Source of the DNA: Candidatus Yanofskybacteria bacterium RIFCSPLOWO2_01_FULL_42_49
GTDB taxonomy: Bacteria > Patescibacteriota > Minisyncoccia > 2-02-FULL-40-12 > GWA2-44-9
Assembly: GCA_001795615.1 (NCBI GenBank)
Contig: MGKI01000004.1
Span: forward strand, 22,324-86,323
Direction of reading: 5' to 3'
Length of the DNA stretch: 64,000 bases
Under the pieces are notes generated by a model. That model did not search any database and was not told where the DNA came from. It saw only the letters and a program-made list of their open reading frames with translations. Below are positions 20,113-29,874 of the stretch, piece by piece. The position numbers were made by a program, and so were the translations under genes. Position 1 is the first letter of the stretch. Each line of letters starts with the position of its first letter.

Positions 20113-21003
20113 TTATTTAACGAGCTGATTCATCATAGCAATAAATCCGAGAGGGTCAATATAGACATCACTTTTCCCATCTTTGCTTCTTACTTTAATT
20201 GAAAAATGAAGATGAGCGCCGCCTCTTTTGGCACTGCCGGTATCGCCTGACATCGCTATAACATCGCCCCCCTTAACCGTTTGGCCGACTTTTGATACCA
20301 GAAATTTAGACAAATGCATATACACTGAAAATATTCCTGAGCCGTGATCTATAATAACCATATTGCCTTCGGTAGAATAATTCCTTGCTATCAGCGCAAC
20401 TTTGCCCGAGTTAATAGCCTTAACCGGTCTTTTGTGTTTTCCAGTTTTAGGATCCATGGTGGTCAAATCAATACCGTTATGACCCTGACCAAATGGGCTC
20501 GACTCTTCTCCTATCATCCTCTCCTCGTCAACAATTATTTCGTCAAGCGGTTTTATAAACTCACCGTCAAAATATCGTTCGGAATAGTCTCCAAGGTTGA
20601 AAGCTTGGGATATTGATTGCCGTTCGCGTCTCCATTTTGGAGTAGGAGTGAATGGACCTCTAATTCTTACTGGAAAGTCGTTTGGAACCACTTCTACTTC
20701 TTCGTAATCCCAGCTAAGTCTGACCCCTCGTCCATACTCGACGAGAGTTACAATATCTATGCCCAGTTTTGCATCTAGAGGAATCCCCACAAAAACTTCT
20801 CCATATTTATTAGGAATATAACGGTTGCCAAAGACCGAAATTGAGGGATTCGAGGTCGCGGGCGGCATCCATTGGGGCGCTATTTTTATTACCAGAACTT
20901 CTCCTTGCCCAACCTTGGGGTTTAATACCTCAAAGCTGTCATGCTGAGCACTGGCTCCCTCGGTCAGTAGCCATATCATTAATACAGTTATGGCTTTTTT
21001 CAA
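20113..21003 (-). CDS. M23 family peptidase, secreted
   Basis: HNGID, IDHG, YMHL, HLHF. Confidence 0.88.
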   Translation of the reverse strand: MKKAITVLMIWLLTEGASAQHDSFEVLNPKVGQGEVLVIKIAPQWMPPATSNPSISVFGNRYIPNKYGEVFVGIPLDAKLGIDIVTLVEYGRGVRLSWDYEEVEVVPNDFPVRIRGPFTPTPKWRRERQSISQAFNLGDYSERYFDGEFIKPLDEIIVDEERMIGEESSPFGQGHNGIDLTTMDPKTGKHKRPVKAINSGKVALIARNYSTEGNMVIIDHGSGIFSVYMHLSKFLVSKVGQTVKGGDVIAMSGDTGSAKRGGAHLHFSIKVRSKDGKSDVYIDPLGFIAMMNQLVK

Positions 21004-21064
21004 GGTACAACTCCTTTTGCTTCATTATTTTAAACAATATAACAATACGGCAATTTAGCAATTT

Positions 21065-21637
21065 CTATCTATATTTCGGATGCTGTTCTTTTTTGCCATT
21101 TGCTTCCCAACGGGCAAGAGCGAAAAACAAACTGGAGAGACGATTTATGTACGCCAGAATGCTGGCGTCAATTTCTAATTTCGAATTTCTAATTTCTAAA
21201 ATTTTTCTCTCAACATTGCGAGATTTTGCCCGCAACAAGTCCAACCAAGCAGAGGTCTGGTTTATTCCTGAAATAACAAATTTCTTCAAGGGAGGAAGTT
21301 TGCGTTCGATCTCGTCTATGATTTTCTCTGCTTCTTCAACTTTGGATCTTTCTCCGCCAGAGGCGGATCCGCCTTCGGCGGAAAACTTAGGAACTTTAAA
21401 CTTGCTTCCAAGCATCAAATTGGCCACATGAGATTGAATAATGAAAAGGTTCTCTTGAATCTCATGGAGATGTTTTTTTAAAATCCCGGAGACCTTGCCG
21501 CTCTTCAAAACCCCGACCATGCTATTCAACTCGTCTAATTGACCCAATGCTTCAACCTCAAGACAGGTTTTAGATACAACCTTCTTGCCGATGCGACTCC
21601 GGCCATCATCGCCTTTACGAGTATAGAAAATAGGCAT
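21065..21637 (-). CDS. PduO-type cob(I)alamin adenosyltransferase family
   Basis: YTRKGDDG, GQLDELNS, YINRLSSLFF.LAR. Confidence 0.88.
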   Translation of the reverse strand: MPIFYTRKGDDGRSRIGKKVVSKTCLEVEALGQLDELNSMVGVLKSGKVSGILKKHLHEIQENLFIIQSHVANLMLGSKFKVPKFSAEGGSASGGERSKVEEAEKIIDEIERKLPPLKKFVISGINQTSAWLDLLRAKSRNVERKILEIRNSKLEIDASILAYINRLSSLFFALARWEANGKKEQHPKYR

Positions 21638-21809
21638 AACGAGTTGAATTTATCACATTTTTAGAACAAACTAAACGACTCAATCGATTGAGTCAATTTC
21701 CTACGTGGTGCAGTATTCTTGAATTAGTCCGAACGCATTTCGCCGCCTGCGGCGGCGATTTCAAATCCTCTCATAAAGTACTGATTTTTGACAAAGGGGG
21801 TGGGGAATA

Positions 21810-22715
21810 TTATGGGTGAATTTTGGTTAGGAACAGTTCGATCTCAACAGTCAGAGGATCGTTTGGTTTACCAACGTCTTTATTCATGTCACTGTGGGCT
21901 TTGCTTAAAACGCCTTTGATATTTGCGGAGTACCCGTTGGCTATGAGTTTTTCATAGAATGTTTGTGACTGGCCGGGAGAACCTTTTTCTCCCCGTTCAG
22001 CGGCAAAGAGAATTAGAAAGGGAGGGATGCTTTTCCCTAACTCAATATGGGCTATAGGTGATCCGTCCTGAAGAGAAGCCGCGTCTGTTTTAGTAAACGC
22101 CAATTCAATAAGATTACGAGTTGCCGGACCTCCGGTATAAGCGGAAACCAGATCAAATAGACCAGTGTCAAGAGCGATTACACCTTTTATAATGTTTGGA
22201 TCAATGCCTTCGTTCTGTAAATATCGGTGGTCAGTTGAAACCAAAGAGGCAAGATGGGCGCCTGCCGAATGGCCAATGAGGTATAATTGACTGCCCTTAC
22301 CGCCATATTGGGAAATGTTGGAGTAAACCCAAGAAATAGCCGCGGCTACATCCTCAACGTTGTCAGGATGATTCACACGGCTATCTTTCGTTAGTCGATA
22401 GTTGACGCTTATAAAAACAAAACCTTTATTTATAAAATATTCGGCCTTTGGCCTGACAACTCCCGAGTTGCTTTTGTCGCCTCTTTGCCATCCTCCGCCG
22501 TGAAGCATAACCATCACTGGCTTATCAGTAAAGTCGGGGGAAGTATAGATATCAAGCGATGTGAGATTGTCATCAAAACCTTCGCGATACTCATAGAGAA
22601 TATCTTTGTATATATCATATTCGTTTGGGACAAGGTCGGAATTTTTATCAGACTGGCCAAGCCAAACAAATCCGCCAATTGCCAGAACCAGAAACACAAG
22701 TATTATTTTACTCAT
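21810..22715 (-). CDS. Alpha/beta hydrolase (HSL-like esterase)
   Basis: HGGGW, NYRL, GHSAG; N-terminal anchor. Confidence 0.9.
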   Translation of the reverse strand: MSKIILVFLVLAIGGFVWLGQSDKNSDLVPNEYDIYKDILYEYREGFDDNLTSLDIYTSPDFTDKPVMVMLHGGGWQRGDKSNSGVVRPKAEYFINKGFVFISVNYRLTKDSRVNHPDNVEDVAAAISWVYSNISQYGGKGSQLYLIGHSAGAHLASLVSTDHRYLQNEGIDPNIIKGVIALDTGLFDLVSAYTGGPATRNLIELAFTKTDAASLQDGSPIAHIELGKSIPPFLILFAAERGEKGSPGQSQTFYEKLIANGYSANIKGVLSKAHSDMNKDVGKPNDPLTVEIELFLTKIHP

Positions 22716-22836
22716 AAATACATACTACTCCAAACCAGAAATATTGCGAGATCATTGATATTACTTATAAAATTTCCAGTGGTTTATACAATGATCGCTA
22801 ACTTTTACCATCATATATTCATTTTACATAAGCGAA

Positions 22837-23280
22837 ATGATGATAGCTGGCGAATACAAGATTAAAAAACAAAAAAATGGAAATATCCATTATTACACGT
22901 ATTATCATTGCTCAAAAAAGAATAAAGCACTCAAATGTAAAGAACCTTGTACTCGCCAGGAAGAATTAGATAAACAAATATCAAAAAGCTTCAAAAAGTT
23001 TCTTTGGAACAAGGTTGGGCAGAAAAATTAAACGAAATGATAGAAACCGATCAACAAAAATCAGAACAATCGGTGGTTGTTTTTATCCAAGAATCAGAAC
23101 AAAGAATAAAAACAATAAACACCAAACTCCAAATCCTTCTCGAGGGTTATTTAGACCAAAATATAGACAAGGAAATATACCGAGAACATAAGTCAAAACT
23201 TATTTCAGAAAAGAAAACTTTGGAAGAAAAAATTACGACTCTCACAACCAAGAAAAATGCTTGGCTCGAACCTGCTTCTT
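22837..23280 (+). pseudogene. Truncated, frameshifted large serine recombinase remnant (zinc ribbon + coiled coil)
   Basis: YTYYHCSK...CKEP..RQEELDKQI continues after a frameshift into a coiled coil (LLEGYLDQNIDKEIY); no catalytic domain; abuts the tRNA-Leu 3' end. Confidence 0.7.
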
Positions 23281-23404
23281 GGCGAAAAATTAGTGCGCGC
23301 AAGCGCGCCAAAAACCCTGAATTCGTTTGGAAAAATGGGGGGGAAATAGTGGCACGCGCTTCGCGCGGCCGAATCGGTCGGGCAAAAATCGGAAAGTTTG
23401 ATAT

Positions 23405-23491
23405 TGGTGCTCGGGGCCGGAGTCGAACCGGCACGACCTTGCGGTCAACGGATTTTAAGTCCGTAATGTCTACCAATTCCATCACCCGAGC
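23405..23491 (-). tRNA. tRNA-Leu(TAA)
   Basis: Cloverleaf with long variable arm, loop CTTAAAA, encoded CCA. Confidence 0.95.
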
Positions 23492-23508
23492 ATATTTTTA
23501 AACATTTG

Positions 23509-23580
23509 AGGCGGCGGGCGGAATTGAACCGCCGTATAACTCTTTTGCAGAGAGTTGCCTTACCACTTGGCTACGCCGCC
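23509..23580 (-). tRNA. tRNA-Cys(GCA)
   Basis: Cloverleaf, loop CTGCAAA, U73; no encoded CCA. Confidence 0.93.
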
Positions 23581-23584
23581 GATT

Positions 23585-25132
23585 CTATAAACTTCCGATT
23601 GTTTTTTCTTCTCCGTACACTTCTAATATATCACCGACAGACACTTCAGCGAATGGTTGACCAGAGATAACATCAAGACGCATGCCGGCATCGAGACCTT
23701 CTTTAACTTCGGCCATGTCTTCTTTGTTATGCTGAAGTTGGCCTAGTTTGCTTTTTCCGATAACTTCACTATTTCTGACAACATCTACAACGGCCCCTCT
23801 CACAACTTTGCCGGACAAAACCTTGCCACCCACAATCTGGCTTTTAGAATCTTTTTTAAATAAAGCCAAGACTTTAAGTTTGCCCAACAGAGTTCTTTGA
23901 ATTTCCGGATCAAGCTGTTCTGCCATGTTTTTCCTTATCGCTTCTATCAGTTCATATATAACATCGAAGGTTTGGACTTTGATACTCTCTTTTTCGGTTA
24001 ACCTGACAACCGACGGCTCGATGTTAACCCTAAAACCAACAATATCTGATTTTGTGGCAATTGCTGTTTTCACATCGTTTTCAGTTATGTCACCTATATC
24101 ATAGCCGATCACATTGCATCTGACCTTGTCAGACTTAACTGCCTTTAACGAAACATCAACCGCCTCCAGAGAACTTTTAACATCGGCTTTTAAAACAAGG
24201 TTGTATATTTTTTTCTCCGGGTCCGCTGACTCGCTTATGAAAGAGAATAGGGGAGTAAGGTCTAGACTCTTGTTTTCGTCGGTAATCTTTTCTGCTTCGG
24301 TTTTTGAATCTACTGATACAAATGACGCTCCCGTATCGGGAACTTCGCTCCACCCCGTAAGTATAACCGGCTGGGACGGTTCGGCTTTTTCAATCGATTT
24401 GCCGGTAAAGTCCTCCATCATTTTTATTTTCCCGACAACTCTCCCCGCCGCAACCCAGTCGCCCAACGCAAGCACTCCTTTTTGGACCAGAGCCGTGGCA
24501 ACATAACCTTTTCTTTTGTCCAAGTGCGACTCTATTATTACCCCCTCGGCCGGCTTTGATAAATCTTCTCGAAGTTCTTCCAGTTCGGCCACGAGCAATA
24601 TCATATCTAAAAGTTCAGAAATATTTTTGCCTGCTTTTGCCGATATTTCAACAACTGGTACTTTTCCCCCCCAATCTTCAACAAGAACTTCTTCTGCAGC
24701 AAGGTCTTGTTTTACTTTCTGAACATTGGCCCCCTCTTTGTCTATTTTGTTAACAGCTACAATGAAAGGGATATTTTCCTCTTTGATTATCTTTATCGCT
24801 TCCTTCGTTTGAGGCTTAACGCTTTCATCGGCGGCCACAACAAGAACCGCAATGTCAGCAATCTTAGCGCCTCGAGATCTTATCGCCGTAAACGCCTCAT
24901 GACCCGGCGTGTCCAAAAAAGTTATTTTTTGGGATATTTCGACATTTCGAAATTTCGACATATCAATTTGGTATGCTCCCACATGCTGAGTAATACCTCC
25001 CGATTCCTTTTCCATTACATTTGTTTTCCGTATGGTGTCTAGTAATCTTGTCTTTCCGTGGTCGACATGACCCAAAACAACCACCACCGGCGGCCGTAGT
25101 CTGTTTTTTGTTGTATTGCCCGCATCTGACAT
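23585..25132 (-). CDS. infB: Translation initiation factor IF-2 (short form)
   Basis: RPPVVVVLGHVDHGKT, GGITQH, DTPGHEAF, NKID; lacks the long N-terminus. Confidence 0.97.
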   Translation of the reverse strand: MSDAGNTTKNRLRPPVVVVLGHVDHGKTRLLDTIRKTNVMEKESGGITQHVGAYQIDMSKFRNVEISQKITFLDTPGHEAFTAIRSRGAKIADIAVLVVAADESVKPQTKEAIKIIKEENIPFIVAVNKIDKEGANVQKVKQDLAAEEVLVEDWGGKVPVVEISAKAGKNISELLDMILLVAELEELREDLSKPAEGVIIESHLDKRKGYVATALVQKGVLALGDWVAAGRVVGKIKMMEDFTGKSIEKAEPSQPVILTGWSEVPDTGASFVSVDSKTEAEKITDENKSLDLTPLFSFISESADPEKKIYNLVLKADVKSSLEAVDVSLKAVKSDKVRCNVIGYDIGDITENDVKTAIATKSDIVGFRVNIEPSVVRLTEKESIKVQTFDVIYELIEAIRKNMAEQLDPEIQRTLLGKLKVLALFKKDSKSQIVGGKVLSGKVVRGAVVDVVRNSEVIGKSKLGQLQHNKEDMAEVKEGLDAGMRLDVISGQPFAEVSVGDILEVYGEEKTIGSL

Positions 25133-25216
25133 CTCAAGATTATATCATTTTTAACCAAAAATTTCAATTAAAAAGGTTGATTTTGTCTAATTTATTTGAT
25201 AAAATTTAAAAGTTAC

Positions 25217-25303
25217 GGAGGCGTGGCTGAGCGGTCGAAAGCAGCACACTGCTAATGTGTTGACCGGGAAACCGGTCCGAAGGTTCGAATCCTTCCGCCT
25301 CCG
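25217..25303 (+). tRNA. tRNA-Ser(GCT)
   Basis: Cloverleaf with long variable arm, loop CTGCTAA. Confidence 0.95.
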
Positions 25304-25444
25304 CAGTGGATATTTTTTATCGGCAGACCCGAGTGCCTCAAAATTACCTCTGTTCAGACCCATCAGAAAGCCTTATACTGCCTTATATCCATCGGTACTT
25401 AACCCGAGTGGCCCGCCAAAAGGTCGCGAAGGAGACCTTCGCAT

Positions 25445-25681
25445 ATTAATTATTTTGTCTACATTTTAAATTGTGCCGATGGAAAACCGTATACTGGTTG
25501 TACAGAAAATTTAGAAGAGAGATTTGAGCGACATATCAACGGATATGTTCCGGCTACAAAAGATCGTCGCCCAGTCCAGCTTGTTACTCATGTAGTTTTT
25601 AGTGATAAGTATAAAGCATTTGAATTTGAAAAATATCTCAAATCTGGCTCGGGTAGGGCTTTTCTGAAAAAACATTTATGA
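25445..25681 (+). CDS. GIY-YIG nuclease (YhbQ/UPF0213-like), non-canonical start or pseudogene
   Basis: Manual translation YFVYILNCADGKPYTGCTENLEERFERH...AFEFEKYLKSGSGR; no ATG/GTG/TTG; ATT at 25445 after AAGGAG. Confidence 0.8.
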   Translation: MNYFVYILNCADGKPYTGCTENLEERFERHINGYVPATKDRRPVQLVTHVVFSDKYKAFEFEKYLKSGSGRAFLKKHL

Positions 25682-26082
25682 CAGAACACCCTAAAATTAA
25701 AAACGAAAAAAATGAAACCCTCAAAGCGGGCTGTGTTGTTATGAATGATCGTAATGAAGTTTTACTTGTTACCGATAAAGAAAAAGAAATTTGGACATTC
25801 CCAAAAGGCCATGCTGAACCTGGGGAAACACTTGAACAAGTAGCCTTGCGAGAAGTAAAAGAAGAAACCGGATATAAAGTTGAAATAGTAAAGAGACTTT
25901 CAGATGTTACCTATACTCATGGACAGACCGGAGAACTTATAAGAGTTGCCATGTTTGAAGCTAAGCCAGTTGGCGACCCAGATAAAGTTAAGGAGGAGAC
26001 TTATTCAGAATGGTTTCCAGTTCAGAAAGTTCGAGAAATTATTTATAAGAACCTCGTCTTTATTGTGGATGAGTTGGAATAG
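25678..26082 (+). CDS. NUDIX hydrolase
   Basis: Nudix box GHAEPGETLEQVALREVKEETG. Confidence 0.92.
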   Translation: MTEHPKIKNEKNETLKAGCVVMNDRNEVLLVTDKEKEIWTFPKGHAEPGETLEQVALREVKEETGYKVEIVKRLSDVTYTHGQTGELIRVAMFEAKPVGDPDKVKEETYSEWFPVQKVREIIYKNLVFIVDELE

Positions 26083-26231
26083 GGTTAGTAAACCTTTCGA
26101 GCAAAATCTGGCACATCGAACAAATTGGGCTTTTCTTGATACATTCGCCTTAATTTTCGTATAATCCTATCAATATTGCTGTAATTGAGCATTATCTTCG
26201 GTTCAAAGTTCCGGAAATCGCCACCGCCAGA

Positions 26232-26960
26232 TTACCCCCTTGCGATTACAAACCCGATAACTCTTTTAGCCCCTCCGCCAGATGGCGGATTTTTTAAAAC
26301 CCTCGCACACTCGTTTAAGGTCGCGCCAGTCGTGCAAATATCGTCTACCAGAATTACGGTCCTGCCCTTTATCGCTTCGCGATTAGTCACGACAAAATTA
26401 TTTTTCACATTGCTAAAACGCTCTTCTTTCGTTTCTGCTTCGGCCTGGTGTTTTGCGTTAACGACTCTGGTTAAAACTTTCTCACCATAAGGCATGTGAT
26501 AACTATCAGCCACACTTCTTGCCAACAAATCGGCCTGATTAAATCCGCGCCAGTTGAGACGGTTCTTATGAAGCGGAACGGAGATTACCACGGGACTATC
26601 TTCAAATAAATTAAATCCCTTAGACAGCAGTTTTTTAATACACTTCTTTGCAATCACCGAAAGCGGTTTGGCCATATCGGACACAAATTTGTACTTGTAG
26701 GTTTTTAGCATCTTCTCTATTACCGAGTCGGACAATTCGGCAGCTATAAGAAGCTGGTCCAACTCACTCTCCTTTTTACAGAATACACAGGTAAGACCCA
26801 GGTGCGTCTGCCTCTTGCACCCCACGCACTCAAAAGTGTTTTTTAAACTAACCTCCCCAAAACATTTTTTACAAACATAATCAAAGTCACCGATAGCGGT
26901 GAATCGGCTACAACCCAAGCAAATCTTGGGAAATATAATATCTAACGCCCAGTTTTTCAT
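26232..26960 (-). CDS. comF: ComF family competence protein
   Basis: Zinc fingers, RGFNQA, LVDDICTTGAT; likely start MKNWALDIIFPK. Confidence 0.9.
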   Translation of the reverse strand: MKNWALDIIFPKICLGCSRFTAIGDFDYVCKKCFGEVSLKNTFECVGCKRQTHLGLTCVFCKKESELDQLLIAAELSDSVIEKMLKTYKYKFVSDMAKPLSVIAKKCIKKLLSKGFNLFEDSPVVISVPLHKNRLNWRGFNQADLLARSVADSYHMPYGEKVLTRVVNAKHQAEAETKEERFSNVKNNFVVTNREAIKGRTVILVDDICTTGATLNECARVLKNPPSGGGAKRVIGFVIARG

Positions 26961-27120
26961 GTGTTGGGCCCCGCACCAGAGCGAAGCACGGTGCGGGACT
27001 AGTCCAGAACCGTGATTCGACTTTTTCAAGGCCTTTTTAAAGGAAGGTTTGTCGAATCTCTGGTTCTGGGGATAATTAAACATAATCTCTAGATAGTTGT
27101 GTGGTATACTAACTTTATAT

Positions 27121-28197
27121 ATGGCATTCAATCTATTCAAGTCAAAGGGAAAACTGGGCATAGATATCGGCACCTCGGCCATAAAAATAGTCGAACTTGA
27201 AAAAGAAGGGGGGCGGTTTGCTCTAAAAAATTACGGCCTCTTTGAGTTTAAGGGATCCAATAATACGCAACAAGCGGGGGGAGAGTCAAAACAGGTTCAG
27301 AACATTCTTAAACTTCCCGACGGAGAAATAATCTGGGGGATTAAAGAAGTTCTTAAGAAGGCAAAAATTAAAGCAACCAATGTTGTGGCTTCAATACCGT
27401 CTTTTTCGACATTTGCCACCGTCATCGAAATGCCCTATCTGTCGGAACAAGACCTTGCCAAGTCGTTGCCCTTTGAGGCGCGCAAGTACATCCCCGTTCC
27501 ACTTAACGAGGTTGTCCTTGATTGGTCAATTATAGATGTGCCACCTGTTCAGGCCAATAAATCCACGATGGTAGAGATATTCTTGGCAGCAGTGCCAAGA
27601 GACGAGACATTAAGATACCAGAGAATAATGCAGGGAGCAGGTTTGCACCTTCGCGCCCTTGAACTAGAGAATTCAGCCCTTATAAGAGCTCTGCTTGGGA
27701 ACGACTTGAGCCCGACAGTAATAGTGAACATCGGCGGAAGAAGCACTTCCGTAGTGATAGTAAATAGGGGATACGAGAGACTAAGCCACAACTACGAAGT
27801 CGGGGGGTTTGAGATAACCAAATCAATCGCCCGCTCGCTGAATGTAAGTTTGGAAAAAGCCGAGGAACTAAAGAAAAAAATGGGGATGAAAGAAGTCGAC
27901 GAAAATGTAATTAACAGCGCCATGAAGTCGTTGATCGACATGATGGTATTTGAAACCAGAAAAACAATAACCAACTACGAGGAAGCCAAAAACCAAAAAA
28001 TATCGAGAGTACTCCTTGTCGGCGGTTTGACCAACATGCCTAGTTTCGCTAACTATTTCCAACAAAAACTTGGCAGAGAAGTTTTTACGGGCAATGCGCT
28101 TGCCAGAGTTGTCTACCCGCAAACGCTAGCTCCGGTTACGCAGGAATTAGCGAGTATTTTCTCCGTTGCGGTTGGTTTGGCGATGAGAGAAATCTAG
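27121..28197 (+). CDS. pilM: Type IV pilus assembly protein PilM
   Basis: GIDIGTSAIKIVEL, EARKYIP, NIGG; actin-like fold. Confidence 0.9.
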   Translation: MAFNLFKSKGKLGIDIGTSAIKIVELEKEGGRFALKNYGLFEFKGSNNTQQAGGESKQVQNILKLPDGEIIWGIKEVLKKAKIKATNVVASIPSFSTFATVIEMPYLSEQDLAKSLPFEARKYIPVPLNEVVLDWSIIDVPPVQANKSTMVEIFLAAVPRDETLRYQRIMQGAGLHLRALELENSALIRALLGNDLSPTVIVNIGGRSTSVVIVNRGYERLSHNYEVGGFEITKSIARSLNVSLEKAEELKKKMGMKEVDENVINSAMKSLIDMMVFETRKTITNYEEAKNQKISRVLLVGGLTNMPSFANYFQQKLGREVFTGNALARVVYPQTLAPVTQELASIFSVAVGLAMREI

Positions 28198-28363
28198 ATA
28201 AAATGACCAATACCCAATATCCAATACCCAATAAAGCTTTAAAAATGTTTAAAACATTTGAAAATTTGAAAATTGGTTATTGATTGGTTGTTGAACACTT
28301 AGTAATTGGTTAATAAATATGTGTGTATAAGTTTTGTCCAGTATTAAGATATAATTAAAAAGT

Positions 28364-28921
28364 ATGGCCAATCAAGGCGGATTACAACTACTTCCTGAAA
28401 CAAGGAAGAAGATAGAAATTATAACCCCCGGAGAAAACAGACTGATTATCGCCGGAGGTATCGTATTTGTAATTGCGGCGATTTTAGCCGGGGGATTTTC
28501 TTTCTACGCTAACTCTTTAGAAGATAAGCTAACCGCCTTAGATACAGAGATAATCGCGCTTGAGCAGAAAAGAGACAAACAAGCCGAACAAAATATCCTT
28601 GTTTTTAACAAACAGGTATCTATGCTTTCGGGTTTATTGGCCAATCATGCGTATTGGACTACGGCTTTTTCAAAAATAGAAGGGCTTCTACAAAACCAGG
28701 TCCAACTAAACAGCATGACCACATCCTTATCAGACAGCAAAATTGACTTTGGGGCAACGGCTTTAAATTATACTACTATAGCCCGCCAAATCGCAGCTTT
28801 TCTTTCTGACGAATCGATAGAAGATATCGCCCTTAACCGGGTCAGTACCCTTACTAACGGCCGGCTTGAATTCAACATGCAAATTGTTTTTGACAAAAGT
28901 AAGTTTTTGAAATCAAGATGA
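28364..28921 (+). CDS. PilN-like protein
   Basis: TM + coiled coil + alpha/beta domain directly after pilM. Confidence 0.6.
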   Translation: MANQGGLQLLPETRKKIEIITPGENRLIIAGGIVFVIAAILAGGFSFYANSLEDKLTALDTEIIALEQKRDKQAEQNILVFNKQVSMLSGLLANHAYWTTAFSKIEGLLQNQVQLNSMTTSLSDSKIDFGATALNYTTIARQIAAFLSDESIEDIALNRVSTLTNGRLEFNMQIVFDKSKFLKSR

Positions 28922-29460
28922 CACCAGCAAATAAAAATTACATGGGAATCGGTTTGGCTGGTTTGGCCATAATTGCATTTTGGATTTTTGGAATGCCAGC
29001 ATGGGACAGATCCTCTCTACTCAAAGATGCAATAGCGGAAAGAGAGGACATATTGTCCGCAAGAGAAGAAGTCCTGAAAAAAATAGAGGATTTAAATGAA
29101 CAGTACAGGAACAGAGCCAATGATGTTGCCAGAATATCATCTATCGTTCCCGGCACTAAAGGCGTCGCAGAACTAGTTTCAACCATTGAAGCGATAACCC
29201 AGCAAACCGGCATTCAGCTTACTGAGATAACAATGGGCGGCGACAACAAGAAACAGCAAGAAGAATTGCAAATTATATCAATAGAACTCGGCCTAACTGG
29301 AAGTTATCTGTCTCTAACATTGTTCCTCGACCTTATAGAAAAAAACTTGAGAATGATAGATGTCTTTGAAATAAACATCAGCCGAACAGCAGCATCGGAA
29401 ACGCAGACAGCCCTGAATTTTAGAGTTAAGGCAAATGCCTATTACTTAACTGTGAAGTAA
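28918..29460 (+). CDS. PilO-like protein
   Basis: TM, coiled coil, GSY..L..FL..IE...R. Confidence 0.7.
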   Translation: MTPANKNYMGIGLAGLAIIAFWIFGMPAWDRSSLLKDAIAEREDILSAREEVLKKIEDLNEQYRNRANDVARISSIVPGTKGVAELVSTIEAITQQTGIQLTEITMGGDNKKQQEELQIISIELGLTGSYLSLTLFLDLIEKNLRMIDVFEINISRTAASETQTALNFRVKANAYYLTVK

Positions 29461-29531
29461 CCAACGACTGACAACTAACGACCAGCGACAAAATTGTCGT
29501 AAGTCGTAAGTCGTAGGTCGTAGATCAGTTG

Positions 29532-29810
29532 ATGGCCAATCAACCAACCACAAACAAGTCTTTAATGCTATTAATGCTCGTCGCGGCTTTTGCTGTCGGT
29601 TATTTATATTACTCCCAGTCAATACAACCGGCTCAACTGCCGATAAACCCGCCGCCACTAACCGCAAAAGACGATCTTACGATGTTTAAAAACCTAACAA
29701 TTGATTTTTCTATACTTGATAACAAGAGCTTTAAATCTTTAAAAACATTCGGTGAATCGCCGGTTAAGCCCGGAGTTACTGGTAAAAGAGATATATTCGC
29801 CCCCTTTTAA
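29532..29810 (+). CDS. Small membrane protein in the pil operon (PilP position)
   Basis: N-terminal TM; C-terminal GKRDIFAPF. Confidence 0.6.
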   Translation: MANQPTTNKSLMLLMLVAAFAVGYLYYSQSIQPAQLPINPPPLTAKDDLTMFKNLTIDFSILDNKSFKSLKTFGESPVKPGVTGKRDIFAPF

Positions 29811-29874
29811 TAGCCAACAAGCTAGTAAGCTAACAAGCTAGTAAGCTAAAGTTTAAAAATGCTTACAAGCTTAC

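Noticed and set aside
23004-23501. 165-aa ORF as an intact gene
   Set aside because: It is the frameshifted tail of the recombinase relic reading through antisense tRNA-Leu
26961-27182. Extended N-termini of comF and pilM in the ORF track
   Set aside because: They overlap a divergent promoter region and a palindrome; conserved sequence starts at 26960 and 27121
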